Assembly: GCA_016783485.1 (NCBI GenBank)
Contig: JADHWM010000001.1
Coordinates: 10,181 to 74,180, forward strand
From: Candidatus Bathyarchaeota archaeon
GTDB lineage: Archaea; Thermoproteota; Bathyarchaeia; TCS64
Length of the DNA stretch: 64,000 bases
Direction: 5' to 3'
The translations under genes were made by a program, and so were the position numbers. Below are positions 8,903-18,532 of this stretch, piece by piece. Positions within the stretch are counted from its first letter, which is position 1. Every line of letters starts with the position of its first letter. Under the pieces are notes generated by a model, which saw only the letters and a program-made list of their open reading frames with translations, made no database searches and was not told the origin of the DNA.

Positions 8903-9481
8903 TCAGTCGAAGGCCCGGGGCTTAGCCAGGATCTCCCGGATCTCCAGCTCGAAGAACTTCCTAGGGTAAGCGGGCTTAACGACGATGCACGTATCGGCCC
9001 CATCTCCTGTCCCCGCGATGGCCATGACCTCCCCGTCCATCCCTATGAGGCCTGCGTCTGCGGCCATTAGGACGATCTCGACGGCGACCTTCATCCCCTG
9101 TCCGAACCTGTAGAGAGTGTCCCTGACGGCTCTCACGGGGTATCCTCCCCCGTACTTGTCCGTGAATGCGGAGCCCACGTCGCCGCCCAGGGCGTGGATC
9201 GATGTGAGGACCCTGATTCCCCTGTCCTCGAGGGCTTTTCGCTCCGATTCCGTGATGGGCCAGCCCTTGTCCTTGAACCCCTCGCTGATCGTTACGGCGA
9301 CAATGTTCACCTTGGGGCCAAAGGCCTCCTGAGCCTTGACTGCCGTATTCCCATGGGTTGTAGCGACGACGATGTCCCTGATGCCAAGCTCCTCTGCCCT
9401 CATCTTGGCGGCGGAGAGCAATCTATCGGTGTTCTCGGGACCCGTCTTCTCGAAATAGAGCGTAGTCTTCTCCAATGTCAT
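8903..9481 (-). CDS. Pyruvate kinase alpha/beta (PK_C)-domain protein, COG1751-like
   Basis: YFEKTGPENT...IVVATTHG...RFGQGMKVAVEIVLMAADAG...GTGDGADT...EILAKP; ATG at 9481 preceded by a GTGGTGA SD. Confidence 0.8.
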   Translation of the reverse strand: MTLEKTTLYFEKTGPENTDRLLSAAKMRAEELGIRDIVVATTHGNTAVKAQEAFGPKVNIVAVTISEGFKDKGWPITESERKALEDRGIRVLTSIHALGGDVGSAFTDKYGGGYPVRAVRDTLYRFGQGMKVAVEIVLMAADAGLIGMDGEVMAIAGTGDGADTCIVVKPAYPRKFFELEIREILAKPRAFD

Positions 9482-9535
9482 TTCACCACGAGTTCTAAAT
9501 AATCTGATCCAAAGGCTTATCAATCATTCTAATGG

Positions 9536-9630
9536 TGGCGCGGCCGGCAGGATTTGAACCCGCGACATTGGGTTGTCTCCTAGAAATCTATCCGAAGACC
9601 CACGCTCTATCCAGACTGAGCCACGGCCGC
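9536..9630 (-). tRNA. tRNA-Arg(TCG) with 17-nt canonical 37/38 intron (9575-9591)
   Basis: Acceptor GCGGCCG/CGGCCGC, D arm GCTC/GAGC, anticodon stem TGGGT/ACCCA with CT-TCG-G|A, T arm GCGGG-TTCAAAT-CCTGC, G73, encoded CCA. The intron forms a bulge-helix-bulge (CTTC/GGAG helix, GGA and ACA bulges). Confidence 0.95.
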
Positions 9631-9828
9631 AACGCTGAACAGAGAAAACGCATCGCTAGTTAAGGTTTGTTGTCTGTATAAAGGTACTTCATGGATCCTA
9701 ATCGTGAGCGTCATAGTCCCCGGGGCCCCTTCGACCATACTCCATGTGGAGCGATAATACGGGGCTGTCGCCAGAGAAGATTTATTCCAGCATACGGGAA
9801 TACCCGCTTGTAAAGGAGCGATGGTCCT

Positions 9829-10299
9829 GTGAGCGTCCCCGCCAACTTAGTCAGGGAGGTTGAGGTCTCCGCCTTCTCTCACGCCACCGAGGACGAAGAC
9901 AAGGTTGAGAAGGCCATGAGGAACCTTCTCCCCGAGGAAGCCCGGGACCTCTGGCTCACGAGGAGGACGCTCAAGGGGCACCACGGGGACCCCATCACGA
10001 TCGTGACGGGAAAGATAAGAAGGAAGAAAGGGGCGACCGGGGTCCTCCGGAAAGTGGTGCAGGAGCTTTCCTCTCTTGACCAGCAGAGGGTACTGGACGA
10101 GTTGGAGGAGAGACTAGACGATGGGGGTAACCTCTACATTCGACTGGATAAGCAGAACGCATACCTGGGCAAAGTCCGCCTAGTGGAGACAGATCCGGTG
10201 AGGATGAAATTCAAGCTCCAGCTACCCCACGGGAAGGACCGAGTGGAATACGTCCACGATGTCGTCAAAGCCATAATCAAGGAGGAACTCGAGGCGTGA
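9829..10299 (+). CDS. RNA-binding protein of the exosome/RNase P superoperon (COG1325-like)
   Basis: HATEDEDKV, GHHGDPI, LYIRLDKQ motifs. Confidence 0.85.
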   Translation: MSVPANLVREVEVSAFSHATEDEDKVEKAMRNLLPEEARDLWLTRRTLKGHHGDPITIVTGKIRRKKGATGVLRKVVQELSSLDQQRVLDELEERLDDGGNLYIRLDKQNAYLGKVRLVETDPVRMKFKLQLPHGKDRVEYVHDVVKAIIKEELEA

Positions 10300-11012
10300 G
10301 ACGCTTCGTCGACCTCAACATCAGGGACCCGGGAGAACCTCGAGTCCTCATGGAGATGCTGGAACTCGCATCGAAGCTGGGATTCAAAGGCATCGCAATA
10401 GCCTCCGAGAGACCCGCGCCGCAGGCATGGAGAGACGAGGCCCGGACCCTCGGCATCGATCTTGCGAGTCGAGTCGACCTGAGACCCAGGAACACCAACG
10501 AGCTATCCAAGGCCCTACGGCGGGTCCGCAGAAAATTCGAGATCGTGGCGGTCCACTGCGAAAACAAGGCCGTGTCGAGGCAAGCCGCGAAGGATCACCG
10601 GGTCGATATCCTCACTTTCCCTCCCCTGAAGACCGGAAGGAGCCGCGTGAGCCTAGACCGTCAGGGAGCATCCCTCGCTGCGAAATCTAACTGCGCTTAC
10701 GAAGTGTCCCTCTCAGACTTGCTGGACTCGAGTGCAGATGAGAGAGCAAGGGTCCTCGTCAACCTGAAACGGGACATCTGGAACGCTGAACGCGAAGGCG
10801 TGCCCGTTTTGGCCTCGAGCGGCGCCGCTACACCTCTCCGGATGCGGGAACCCCGTGCCATTGCGTCGATCACGAGCCTCCTCGGCATCTCGGAGGACCA
10901 GGGGCTCGACGCGGTCTCGGTGATTCCTATCAAGATCCTTGAGAGAAACAGGGCAAAGCTCGAGCCGGGATTCGTGAGCCCGGGAGTCAGGGAGGTGGAA
11001 GGATGCCTGTGA
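10296..11012 (+). CDS. rnp3: RNase P subunit Rpp30
   Basis: PHP-like fold; SSGA...MREPR motif; C-terminal PGVREV; position next to pop5. Confidence 0.9.
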   Translation: MRRFVDLNIRDPGEPRVLMEMLELASKLGFKGIAIASERPAPQAWRDEARTLGIDLASRVDLRPRNTNELSKALRRVRRKFEIVAVHCENKAVSRQAAKDHRVDILTFPPLKTGRSRVSLDRQGASLAAKSNCAYEVSLSDLLDSSADERARVLVNLKRDIWNAEREGVPVLASSGAATPLRMREPRAIASITSLLGISEDQGLDAVSVIPIKILERNRAKLEPGFVSPGVREVEGCL

Positions 11013-11329
11013 GAGGAACCGGGAGGCGATACCTAGCCATCTCCCTCGACGGTGGCGATGCCTACTCCGAGCAGGAAGTCTCAGATGCACTCTATCAAGC
11101 CGTCCGGGAGCTATTCGGGTATTTCGGCGTATCGGGTCTCCAGCCGAGACTCATAGAATACGACGAGGAAACAAGAAAAGGAATCGTCCGATGCAGCCGG
11201 AGCCACACAAGGGAGATGAGGGCGGCCTTGGCTCTTATCACCGAGATATCGAACAACGATGCAGCGGTGAGGGTGACGGGGGCCTCGGGGACGATCAAGT
11301 CCCTGAAGGCTAATGCGGCATCGAAATAG
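11003..11329 (+). CDS. rnp2: RNase P subunit Pop5 (Rpp14/Pop5)
   Basis: RRYL...LFG..G...GIVRC...VTGASGTIKSL. Confidence 0.9.
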   Translation: MPVRGTGRRYLAISLDGGDAYSEQEVSDALYQAVRELFGYFGVSGLQPRLIEYDEETRKGIVRCSRSHTREMRAALALITEISNNDAAVRVTGASGTIKSLKANAASK

Positions 11330-11579
11330 CATTCAGGACCTGTGCCTTTTAACCCAAACGGAGCTATTTTTAGCGATGGCGTTGGATCCGGTCGCCGGTC
11401 TCCATGTGTTCATGGAGCTCTTCACGATAGTCACCGCAGGGCTCCTCTCCCCCCGGAAAGAAGACCTCGAATACGCCTACCTGACACCGGTCATGGTACT
11501 CTTCTATCGCCCCTACTACGCGTTCGTCCGCATCTGGGCCTATATTTCGTGGGTCATGAAGCTCGAGAGCCGGTGGTAG
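11313..11579 (+). pseudogene. Probable C-terminal remnant of a membrane GT2-family glycosyltransferase
   Basis: Hydrophobic fragment ending YLTPVMVLFYRPYYAFVRIWAYISWVMKLESRW resembles GT2 C-terminal TM tails; no catalytic domain is present. Confidence 0.4.
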
Positions 11580-11838
11580 CAGCAATTCCAGGACTATTAT
11601 TGAAGATCTCGAGGCATTCATCAACGAATACTAAAAGCGAGAAATCCATAGAATTGGTATTCCTTCACGCGATATTTTTTTCTCAAACTCATCTCAACAT
11701 TTATATCTAGAGCATCTGTAAAAGGTCAGGTGCGCTGAGAAGAAAAGATGAGTCGAGTTCCTCTCCGAGAAGAGCGGAAATAGGCTTAAAACCCCTCTCG
11801 CGTATGATCAGCATGAAGTCAGAGGCTGAAAAAATAGA

Positions 11839-12066
11839 ATGATCATTCCAGTCAGATGCTTCTCCTGCGGCAAGTTGGTGGGGGACAAATGGGAGCCCTT
11901 CTCCAAGAGGGTTGCAGCCGGTGAGCACCCCAAGGAGGTCCTCGACGACCTCGGAGTCGAAAGGTACTGCTGCAGGAGGATGCTGATCTCCCACGTGGAC
12001 CTCATAGACGATATACTGGAGTTCCACGAGAACAAAGAGATCGTCGATATCAGAGGCGAACGTTAG
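11839..12066 (+). CDS. rpoN: RNA polymerase subunit N (Rpo10)
   Basis: [12 protein letters not shown]...RYCCRRM. Confidence 0.98.
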   Translation: MIIPVRCFSCGKLVGDKWEPFSKRVAAGEHPKEVLDDLGVERYCCRRMLISHVDLIDDILEFHENKEIVDIRGER

Positions 12067-12068
12067 AT

Positions 12069-12680
12069 ATGGAAACTCAGCAAAGCGATACCCTCCTGCT
12101 GCCCCAGGAGGTGCTCCTGTCCGCGGGGGTCCACATCGGGACCAGGGTCAAGACCAACGACATGATGCCATTCATATACAAGGTGAGGCCGGACGGCCTC
12201 TTCGTCCTCGACATGGATAAGATGAACGAGAGGGTGCAGACCGCTGCCAAGTTCATCTCCAGGATGGACCTCTCAAGAGTCGCGGTCGCCTCATCCAAGA
12301 GGTACGGGAGGCTGCCCGTCCACAAGTTCTGCGAGGTGACCGGCGCGCATCCCCTGATCGGGCGCTTCACATCGGGAACCTTCACCAACCCGACGTACAG
12401 CCACTATTTCGAGCCCGTAGCGGTGATCGTCACCGACGCCCTCGCCGATCAGCAGATCGTGGTCGAGGCCGCAACGGTGGGAGTCCCCGTTATAGCGTTA
12501 TGCAGTACCGACAACAACCTCTCCAACGTCGACCTCATCATCCCCATCAACAACAAGGGGAGGAGGAGCCTCGCCATCGCCTACTGGCTCCTCGCGAGGC
12601 AGCTCAAGCGGGAGCTCAATGAGCTCACCCCTGAGCAGGACTTTTCGGTCTCCATCGACGATTTCGAGTCAACCATGTAG
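12069..12680 (+). CDS. rps2: 30S ribosomal protein uS2
   Basis: LSAGVHIGT, GRFTSGTFTNP, IPINNKGRRSLA. Confidence 0.97.
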   Translation: METQQSDTLLLPQEVLLSAGVHIGTRVKTNDMMPFIYKVRPDGLFVLDMDKMNERVQTAAKFISRMDLSRVAVASSKRYGRLPVHKFCEVTGAHPLIGRFTSGTFTNPTYSHYFEPVAVIVTDALADQQIVVEAATVGVPVIALCSTDNNLSNVDLIIPINNKGRRSLAIAYWLLARQLKRELNELTPEQDFSVSIDDFESTM

Positions 12681-12688
12681 GTGGGGCC

Positions 12689-13531
12689 ATGGGCGTCAGG
12701 CGACCTTGGGTTGCGGGAGCTTTCTACCCCGCATCGCCCGATCGCCTGAGGGGCGCCATCGAGGATAGCTTCACCCATCCCCTCGGCCCGGGTAAACTAC
12801 CCCAAAAAGGATCAGAAGAAAGGGAGATCATCGGCGTCGTCTGCCCTCACGCAGGATACATGTACTCTGGTCCAGTCGCAGCCCACAGTTATTATCACCT
12901 AGCCTCTGAGAAGCCTCCTTCTGCGGTCATCATCCTCGGCCCGAATCACACCGGCCTAGGCGGTCCCGTCTCGATGTGGGGTGAAGGAGCTTGGGAGACC
13001 CCGCTCGGAAACGTCGAGATCCACGAACCCCTCGCCAAGAAGATCTTCGAGGCGTCCGATATCATCGACATGGATGAATCAGCCCATCTCAGGGAGCACT
13101 CCATCGAGGTGCAGCTCCCCTTCCTACAGTACATCTACGGAGAGACGAGGATCGTACCCATCTGCATGGGGTTCCAGGACCTGGGCACCAGCAGGGCGAT
13201 CGGGAGAGCCATCGCCGAGTCGGTTGCTGGAATGGATGCACTTATCCTCGCCTCGACGGATCTCACCCACATGGAAACCAAGGACTCCGCCGGGGAGAAG
13301 GATCGGGGAGTCATCGAGAGGATAGAGTCCATGAACGAGGAGGCCCTCCAATCCTGGGTGCGTTCCCAACGAGTGAGCATGTGCGGATACGGCCCAGTCT
13401 CCGCCACCCTCGTTGCGGCGAAGAGGCTGGGAGCGACTAAAGCCCAGCTCCTCGCCTACGGCACCAGCGGGGACATCACCAGTGACATGTCCGCGGTGGT
13501 GGGCTACGCCTCAGCCAAGATTACGAGGTAG
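12689..13531 (+). CDS. MEMO1 family protein (AmmeMemoRadiSam protein B)
   Basis: VAGAFYP, PHAGYMYSG, GPNHTG, EHSIEVQLPF, MCGYGP. Confidence 0.95.
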   Translation: MGVRRPWVAGAFYPASPDRLRGAIEDSFTHPLGPGKLPQKGSEEREIIGVVCPHAGYMYSGPVAAHSYYHLASEKPPSAVIILGPNHTGLGGPVSMWGEGAWETPLGNVEIHEPLAKKIFEASDIIDMDESAHLREHSIEVQLPFLQYIYGETRIVPICMGFQDLGTSRAIGRAIAESVAGMDALILASTDLTHMETKDSAGEKDRGVIERIESMNEEALQSWVRSQRVSMCGYGPVSATLVAAKRLGATKAQLLAYGTSGDITSDMSAVVGYASAKITR

Positions 13532-13537
13532 AAAGTA

Positions 13538-14521
13538 ATGTCTGTCGAAGCCACTGCGCCCGGGAAGGCGATACTCTTCGGGGAGCATAGCGTCGTCTAC
13601 AGGGGTCCCGCTATCGTCATCGCCATCGACAGGAGAGCCAAGATCACCGCCAAGGAGAGGGACGACGAGATAATCAGGTTCGACTGCCTCGACCTGGGAT
13701 TCGAGGGATACTTCGAGGGCGATGAATACCACCCCGTCGCAGGGGAGGAATGGAGGGGGAATAGGCTCCAGGCGATGCTCGTCGCCGCCAGGAAGACGAT
13801 GGAGCACCTCGATAAACATTCAGGGCTCGACCTCACTGTCCGCTCCGAGATCCCCATAGCCGCCGGTCTGGGCTCCTCAGCCGCGATCTGCGTCGCTACG
13901 GTGGCGGCTACAGGGGAGCTGCTGGACGGTAACTTGTCACTGCAGGAGATCTGCGACCTCGCCTACGAGGGGGAGAAGGTGGTTCATGGTACCCCCAGCG
14001 GTGTCGATAACAACATCTCCACATACGGTGGCGTGTTGAGCTATGAGACAGGCGTCGGCATTGAGAGGATCGATTTCCAGGGGGGGCTCCCTCTGGTCAT
14101 CGGGAACTCTAGGAGGAAACGCTCGACTCGGAGACTCGTCGCCCGGGTGAGGCTCCTCAGGGACAGGAACCCCGAGCTCGTGGATGGGCTCATCGACTCG
14201 ATGGGAGAGGTCTCCCGAAAGGGCCTCGAAGCCATCAAGGCCAGGGACTATCCCATGATCGGGGACCTCATGAACATCAACCACGGCCTCCTCTCGTCGG
14301 TCGGGGTCTCCATCGCCAGGCTGGACATCCTGGTCCACGCCGCAAGGGGGGCAGGGGCATACGGGGCTAAACTCACGGGGGCGGGCGGAGGCGGCTGCAT
14401 GATCGCCATCACGGACCCTGACAAGCTCAAAGAGGTCAGCAGAGCGATCTCCCACAGCAGAGGAGAACCCCATATCGTCAACATCAGCTATGAAGGGGTC
14501 GAGACCAGGAGGCTGGACTGA
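13538..14521 (+). CDS. mvk: Mevalonate kinase
   Basis: APGKAILFGEHSVVY, PIAAGLGSSAA, HGTPSGVD, KLTGAGGGG. Confidence 0.97.
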   Translation: MSVEATAPGKAILFGEHSVVYRGPAIVIAIDRRAKITAKERDDEIIRFDCLDLGFEGYFEGDEYHPVAGEEWRGNRLQAMLVAARKTMEHLDKHSGLDLTVRSEIPIAAGLGSSAAICVATVAATGELLDGNLSLQEICDLAYEGEKVVHGTPSGVDNNISTYGGVLSYETGVGIERIDFQGGLPLVIGNSRRKRSTRRLVARVRLLRDRNPELVDGLIDSMGEVSRKGLEAIKARDYPMIGDLMNINHGLLSSVGVSIARLDILVHAARGAGAYGAKLTGAGGGGCMIAITDPDKLKEVSRAISHSRGEPHIVNISYEGVETRRLD

Positions 14522-15301
14522 CTGCAGGTCCTCAAACTCGGTGGATCCGTGGTCACCGTCAAGGATCAGGAGTTCACAGCTCACCACGGGAACATCCGGA
14601 GGCTCGCCGAGGAGATCAAAGCTGCCTGGCCCACACCCGTCGTTATCGTCCACGGCGGGGGCTCCTTCGGCCATCCCGTCGCCAAGAAATATGGTATAGC
14701 GGGCGGCTTCACCTCGGATCGGCAGATCCCAGGCTTCGCCAGGACCCACCAAGCCATGGTGGACCTCAACGCCATCATCGTGAAGGCCCTCCTCGATGCG
14801 GGGATACCGGCCATGTCGGTGAGCCCGTCGTCGTTCATCGCCACGGATGACGGCCGGATGTCAAATGTCGATTTCGAGATCGTGGGCAGGCTCGTCGTCC
14901 GTGGGGTCCTTCCTGTTCTGTTCGGGGATGCAGTGCTCGACAGGAAGAAAGGATTCACCATCCTCTCAGGGGATCAGCTCGCGGTCCGCCTCGCCGTCTC
15001 CCTCGGGGCCTCGAAGCTCATCTTCGGGGTCGACGTGGACGGCGTCTTCACATCGAACCCAAAGCTCTCCCCCGAGGCAAGGCTGATCGACCGTTTGGAG
15101 ATAGAGAAGATCGATGGATTCGTCAAGATCGGGGAGTCTCTGTCGACCGATGTCACCGGCGGCATGCTGGGGAAGGTCTCTGAGGCTAGAGCGGCGGTCG
15201 GGGAGGGTGTCAAGGTTCAGTTCGTGAACGCCACGAAGCCCGACGTGATACTTAAAGCCCTCAAGGGGGAACCCGTAGCAGGGACCATCCTGACGGGGTG
15301 A
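14522..15301 (+). CDS. ipk: Isopentenyl phosphate kinase (probable CTG start at 14522)
   Basis: VLKLGGS (upstream of the track start at 14549), HGGGSFGH, SGD, DVTGGM. Confidence 0.92.
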   Translation: MQVLKLGGSVVTVKDQEFTAHHGNIRRLAEEIKAAWPTPVVIVHGGGSFGHPVAKKYGIAGGFTSDRQIPGFARTHQAMVDLNAIIVKALLDAGIPAMSVSPSSFIATDDGRMSNVDFEIVGRLVVRGVLPVLFGDAVLDRKKGFTILSGDQLAVRLAVSLGASKLIFGVDVDGVFTSNPKLSPEARLIDRLEIEKIDGFVKIGESLSTDVTGGMLGKVSEARAAVGEGVKVQFVNATKPDVILKALKGEPVAGTILTG

Positions 15302-16398
15302 GACCGCTGACGGAGATCGAGAAGAGGAAGGAGAGACACCTCAGATTATCGCTGGATGAGAACGTCCAGTCAGATATCGGGACGGGGTTCGAGGACATCA
15401 GGCTCATCCACCGCGCCCTCCCCGAGATAGACCTCGACGAGATAGACACGGAGACTGAGCTCTTCGGGAAGAGACTCGCCTCACCCCTCATCGTCTCGGC
15501 GATAACCGGGGGAACAGGATTCGCCAAGGAGATCAACTCAACCCTCGCCGAGGTCGCGGAGGAGCTCGGGTTAGGGATAGGGGTAGGCAGTCAGCGGATC
15601 GCCCTCGAGGACCCCGGCGTGGAGCATACATTCACGGTTGTGAGGGAAAAGGCGCCATCGTCCCTGGTCATGGGGAACATTGGCTGCCCCCAGCTCAGCA
15701 TCGGGTGGGGCGTAGAGGAGGCGAAGCGATGCATCGACATGATAGAGGCAGACGCCCTCGGGATCCACATGAATCCCCTCCAGGAGGCCGTCCAAGTCGG
15801 GGGGGATACCCAGTACAGGGGCGTACTAGAGAAAATTAAGGCGATAACGGGCGAGCTCGGGACACCGGTGGTGATGAAGGAGACTGGGTGCGGCATCTCC
15901 AGGGAGGTCGCCGTGAGCCTGAAGGCCGCCGGAGCATCAGCCCTTGAGGTGAGCGGCGTGGGGGGTACAAGCTGGGCGGCGGTGGAGCATCACATCGCAA
16001 GGGTCGAGGGGAGGAAGAGCCAGGAAGCCCTCGGCGAGGCCCTATGGAACTGGGGGATACCCACGGCCATAAGCGTCGTCGAGGCCAGCCGATCTACGGA
16101 TCTAAAGATCATCGCCTCTGGTGGGCTCCGGACCGGCGTCGAGATGGCCAAGGCGATCACATTGGGCGCCGATGCTGTGGGTATAGCGAAGCCCTTCCTC
16201 GAGAAAGCTGTTGAAGGAAAGGGGGCCCTCCTGGAGCATGCGAATGACATCCTACGGGAATTCAGGACCGTGATGTTCCTCGTCGGAGCTAGGAACGTGG
16301 AGGAACTCAAAAAAGTCCCCGTCGTCGTCCTGGGGAGAACCTCGGAATGGCTCAGGCTGAGAGGCTACGACCTCCAGAGTCTGGCAAACCGGGGATAA
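15298..16398 (+). CDS. fni: Type 2 isopentenyl-diphosphate delta-isomerase
   Basis: RKERH, SAITGG, GVGSQR, HMNPLQE, KETGCG, GGTSWAAVE. Confidence 0.97.
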   Translation: MRPLTEIEKRKERHLRLSLDENVQSDIGTGFEDIRLIHRALPEIDLDEIDTETELFGKRLASPLIVSAITGGTGFAKEINSTLAEVAEELGLGIGVGSQRIALEDPGVEHTFTVVREKAPSSLVMGNIGCPQLSIGWGVEEAKRCIDMIEADALGIHMNPLQEAVQVGGDTQYRGVLEKIKAITGELGTPVVMKETGCGISREVAVSLKAAGASALEVSGVGGTSWAAVEHHIARVEGRKSQEALGEALWNWGIPTAISVVEASRSTDLKIIASGGLRTGVEMAKAITLGADAVGIAKPFLEKAVEGKGALLEHANDILREFRTVMFLVGARNVEELKKVPVVVLGRTSEWLRLRGYDLQSLANRG

Positions 16399-16451
16399 GG
16401 GCCGGAAGTTCATGGAGATAACTTTTATCAGGTTTATACGGCTCATACGCA

Positions 16452-17474
16452 ATGTCGGAGGAGGGAAAGATGGTCAAGAACTCTATATCGGAGAAACTCA
16501 TCGCCAGCGCGTCGAAGGTTGACGACTATATATTCGAGCTCCTCGAGGACCGGAAACCTGCAGTCCTATACGAAGCGTCGAGGCACATCTTCAACGCTGG
16601 AGGGAAGCGGCTCAGGCCATACCTCGTACTGAAATCATGTGAGCTCGTGGGCGGAGACTCCAGCGTAGCCCTCCCCTTCGCGGCTGGTCTGGAGATCCTC
16701 CACAACTTCACGCTTATCCACGACGACATCATGGACAACGACCCGATCAGGCGAGGAGCCCCCACGATCCACTCCAAGTGGGGAGTCCCAGTGGCCATCG
16801 CGAGCGGCGACCTCCTGTTCGCGAAGGTATACCAGGCGATGTACGCCTCGTACTTCAATGGTTCTTTGCCAAGCGACAGGGTCCTCGAGTCAATAAAAGC
16901 TGTAACGGAGGCCACAATCAGCATCTGCGAGGGTCAGGTCCTCGATGTCTCGTTCCCAGATACGAGTGATGTCTCCCCGGAGGACTATATTTTCATGGTC
17001 GGTGGCAAGACCTCAGCACTCTTCAAGGCTTGCGCCGAGATAGGCGCCATCGTCGGGGGCGCCAATGAGGAGGATGTTGAGAGGCTCGGTTCCTTCGCCT
17101 GGGATGCGGGGATAGCTTTCCAGATCGTGGACGACATCCTCGGCGTAACAGCCGACGAGGAGACCTTGGGGAAGCCTGTGGGAAGCGACTTGAGAGAGGG
17201 GAAGAAGACCCTCATTATAGTCCATGCCCTCGAGAATTCCACATCTGTAGACAGAGATACGATCCTGAAGGTGCTGGGAAAAGACGATTCTGCTCCAATC
17301 GACATTGAGGCCGCGATAAAGATTCTGGTTGATCTTGGTTCGATTGAATACGCTAAAAAAATCGCCTGGGAGTACGCCGGTAGCTCGAAGGCGATGCTTG
17401 AGCTCTTCCCCGAGTCCGAGGCAAAAAGGAACCTCCTAGAGATGCTGGAATATTTCATGCGGAGAAGTTCCTAA
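16452..17474 (+). CDS. idsA: Geranylgeranyl diphosphate synthase (polyprenyl synthetase)
   Basis: GGKRLRP, FTLIHDDIMD, GQVLD, KT, FQIVDD, GKPVGSDLREGKKT. Confidence 0.93.
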   Translation: MSEEGKMVKNSISEKLIASASKVDDYIFELLEDRKPAVLYEASRHIFNAGGKRLRPYLVLKSCELVGGDSSVALPFAAGLEILHNFTLIHDDIMDNDPIRRGAPTIHSKWGVPVAIASGDLLFAKVYQAMYASYFNGSLPSDRVLESIKAVTEATISICEGQVLDVSFPDTSDVSPEDYIFMVGGKTSALFKACAEIGAIVGGANEEDVERLGSFAWDAGIAFQIVDDILGVTADEETLGKPVGSDLREGKKTLIIVHALENSTSVDRDTILKVLGKDDSAPIDIEAAIKILVDLGSIEYAKKIAWEYAGSSKAMLELFPESEAKRNLLEMLEYFMRRSS

Positions 17475-17591
17475 TCAACAACCTTTTGAGAAACAGGCTC
17501 ATTTCAGCTAATCCCATTTTTGAATGGTCCTGTCCTGAAAAGTCTTAATAAGGATTCTCTGGTAGATCATTGATCTTTCGGAGTTTTCAAT

Positions 17592-18521
17592 ATGAGAAAT
17601 AAACGACCCGCCTACAGCGACCTGATGAAGGAGATCCGTGAGGGAAAGTTCGTTCTCACAGGGGAGCTGGAGCCGGAGAAGACAACGGGGCTCGAGGAGA
17701 TCCTCGTCAGCGCGAGGGCAATGAAACCGTACGTAATCGCCGCGAATGTGACCGATAATCCGCTGGCGATGGCCTTCATGAACTCCCTAGTGCCCTCCTA
17801 TGTCGTCCAGAGGGACGTTGGCCTGGAGACGGTCTACCAAATGGTCATCAGGGATAGGAACCGCCTTGCCCTGCTCTCGGACGTCCTAGCTGCCGCCCAC
17901 CTCGGCATCAAGAACATCCTGGCGATCTCGGGGGACCACACAGTTCTCGGCGACCACAAGGGAGCGCTCCCCGTTTACGACCTCGACTCAGCTCAGTTCG
18001 TCTACATGCTTAGCAAGCTGATCGATGAGGGGGTCGACCTGGAGGGGAACGAGATTCACGGGAAGGTTCCCATCAACGTGGGAATTGCCGCGAACCCTAA
18101 CGCCAATCCTCTGGAGCCGGAGATTTTGAAAGTCGAGAGGAAGACCAAAATCGGCGCCGACTTTATTCAGACTCAGACGATGTTCGACATCGACCTCACC
18201 AAGGAGTTCCTCAAGGAGACCGAGAGGCTCAACTGCCCCACGCTCATCGGCGTCTTCCCCCTCAAGTCCTTTGGCATCGCCGACTTTTTCGACAAATACA
18301 TCCCCGGGGTCAGCGTACCCAAAGACCTCCTAGAATCCATGAGGAAGTGTAAGGAAGAGCCGGACAAGGAGAAGAGGAAAATGCTCTACGACGAGGTGAA
18401 CATGGAGTTCTTCGCACCCTTCATCAGGGAGATCAGGAAGACTACAAAGGCGGCGGGGGTCCACGTGATGGCGGTCCTCTACGAGAGGATCCTCGAGCCC
18501 CTGGTCGCGGAGACAATGTGA
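17592..18521 (+). CDS. metF: Methylenetetrahydrofolate reductase-family protein (MetF-like)
   Basis: ELEP, NVTDNP, RDRNRLAL, LAISGD, GADFIQTQ, GVHVM. Confidence 0.88.
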   Translation: MRNKRPAYSDLMKEIREGKFVLTGELEPEKTTGLEEILVSARAMKPYVIAANVTDNPLAMAFMNSLVPSYVVQRDVGLETVYQMVIRDRNRLALLSDVLAAAHLGIKNILAISGDHTVLGDHKGALPVYDLDSAQFVYMLSKLIDEGVDLEGNEIHGKVPINVGIAANPNANPLEPEILKVERKTKIGADFIQTQTMFDIDLTKEFLKETERLNCPTLIGVFPLKSFGIADFFDKYIPGVSVPKDLLESMRKCKEEPDKEKRKMLYDEVNMEFFAPFIREIRKTTKAAGVHVMAVLYERILEPLVAETM

Positions 18522-18532
18522 GGTGATGATGG

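Noticed and set aside
11802-11830. ATGATCA...CTGA, resembling half of a C/D box RNA upstream of rpoN
   Set aside because: Only one weak box pair, no terminal stem and no recognisable guide target; it sits in the rpoN leader.
14519-14521. Selenocysteine recoding of the in-frame TGA between mvk and ipk
   Set aside because: The position is an inter-domain linker, not a Cys-equivalent site, and I could not identify a SECIS. A CTG start is the simpler explanation.
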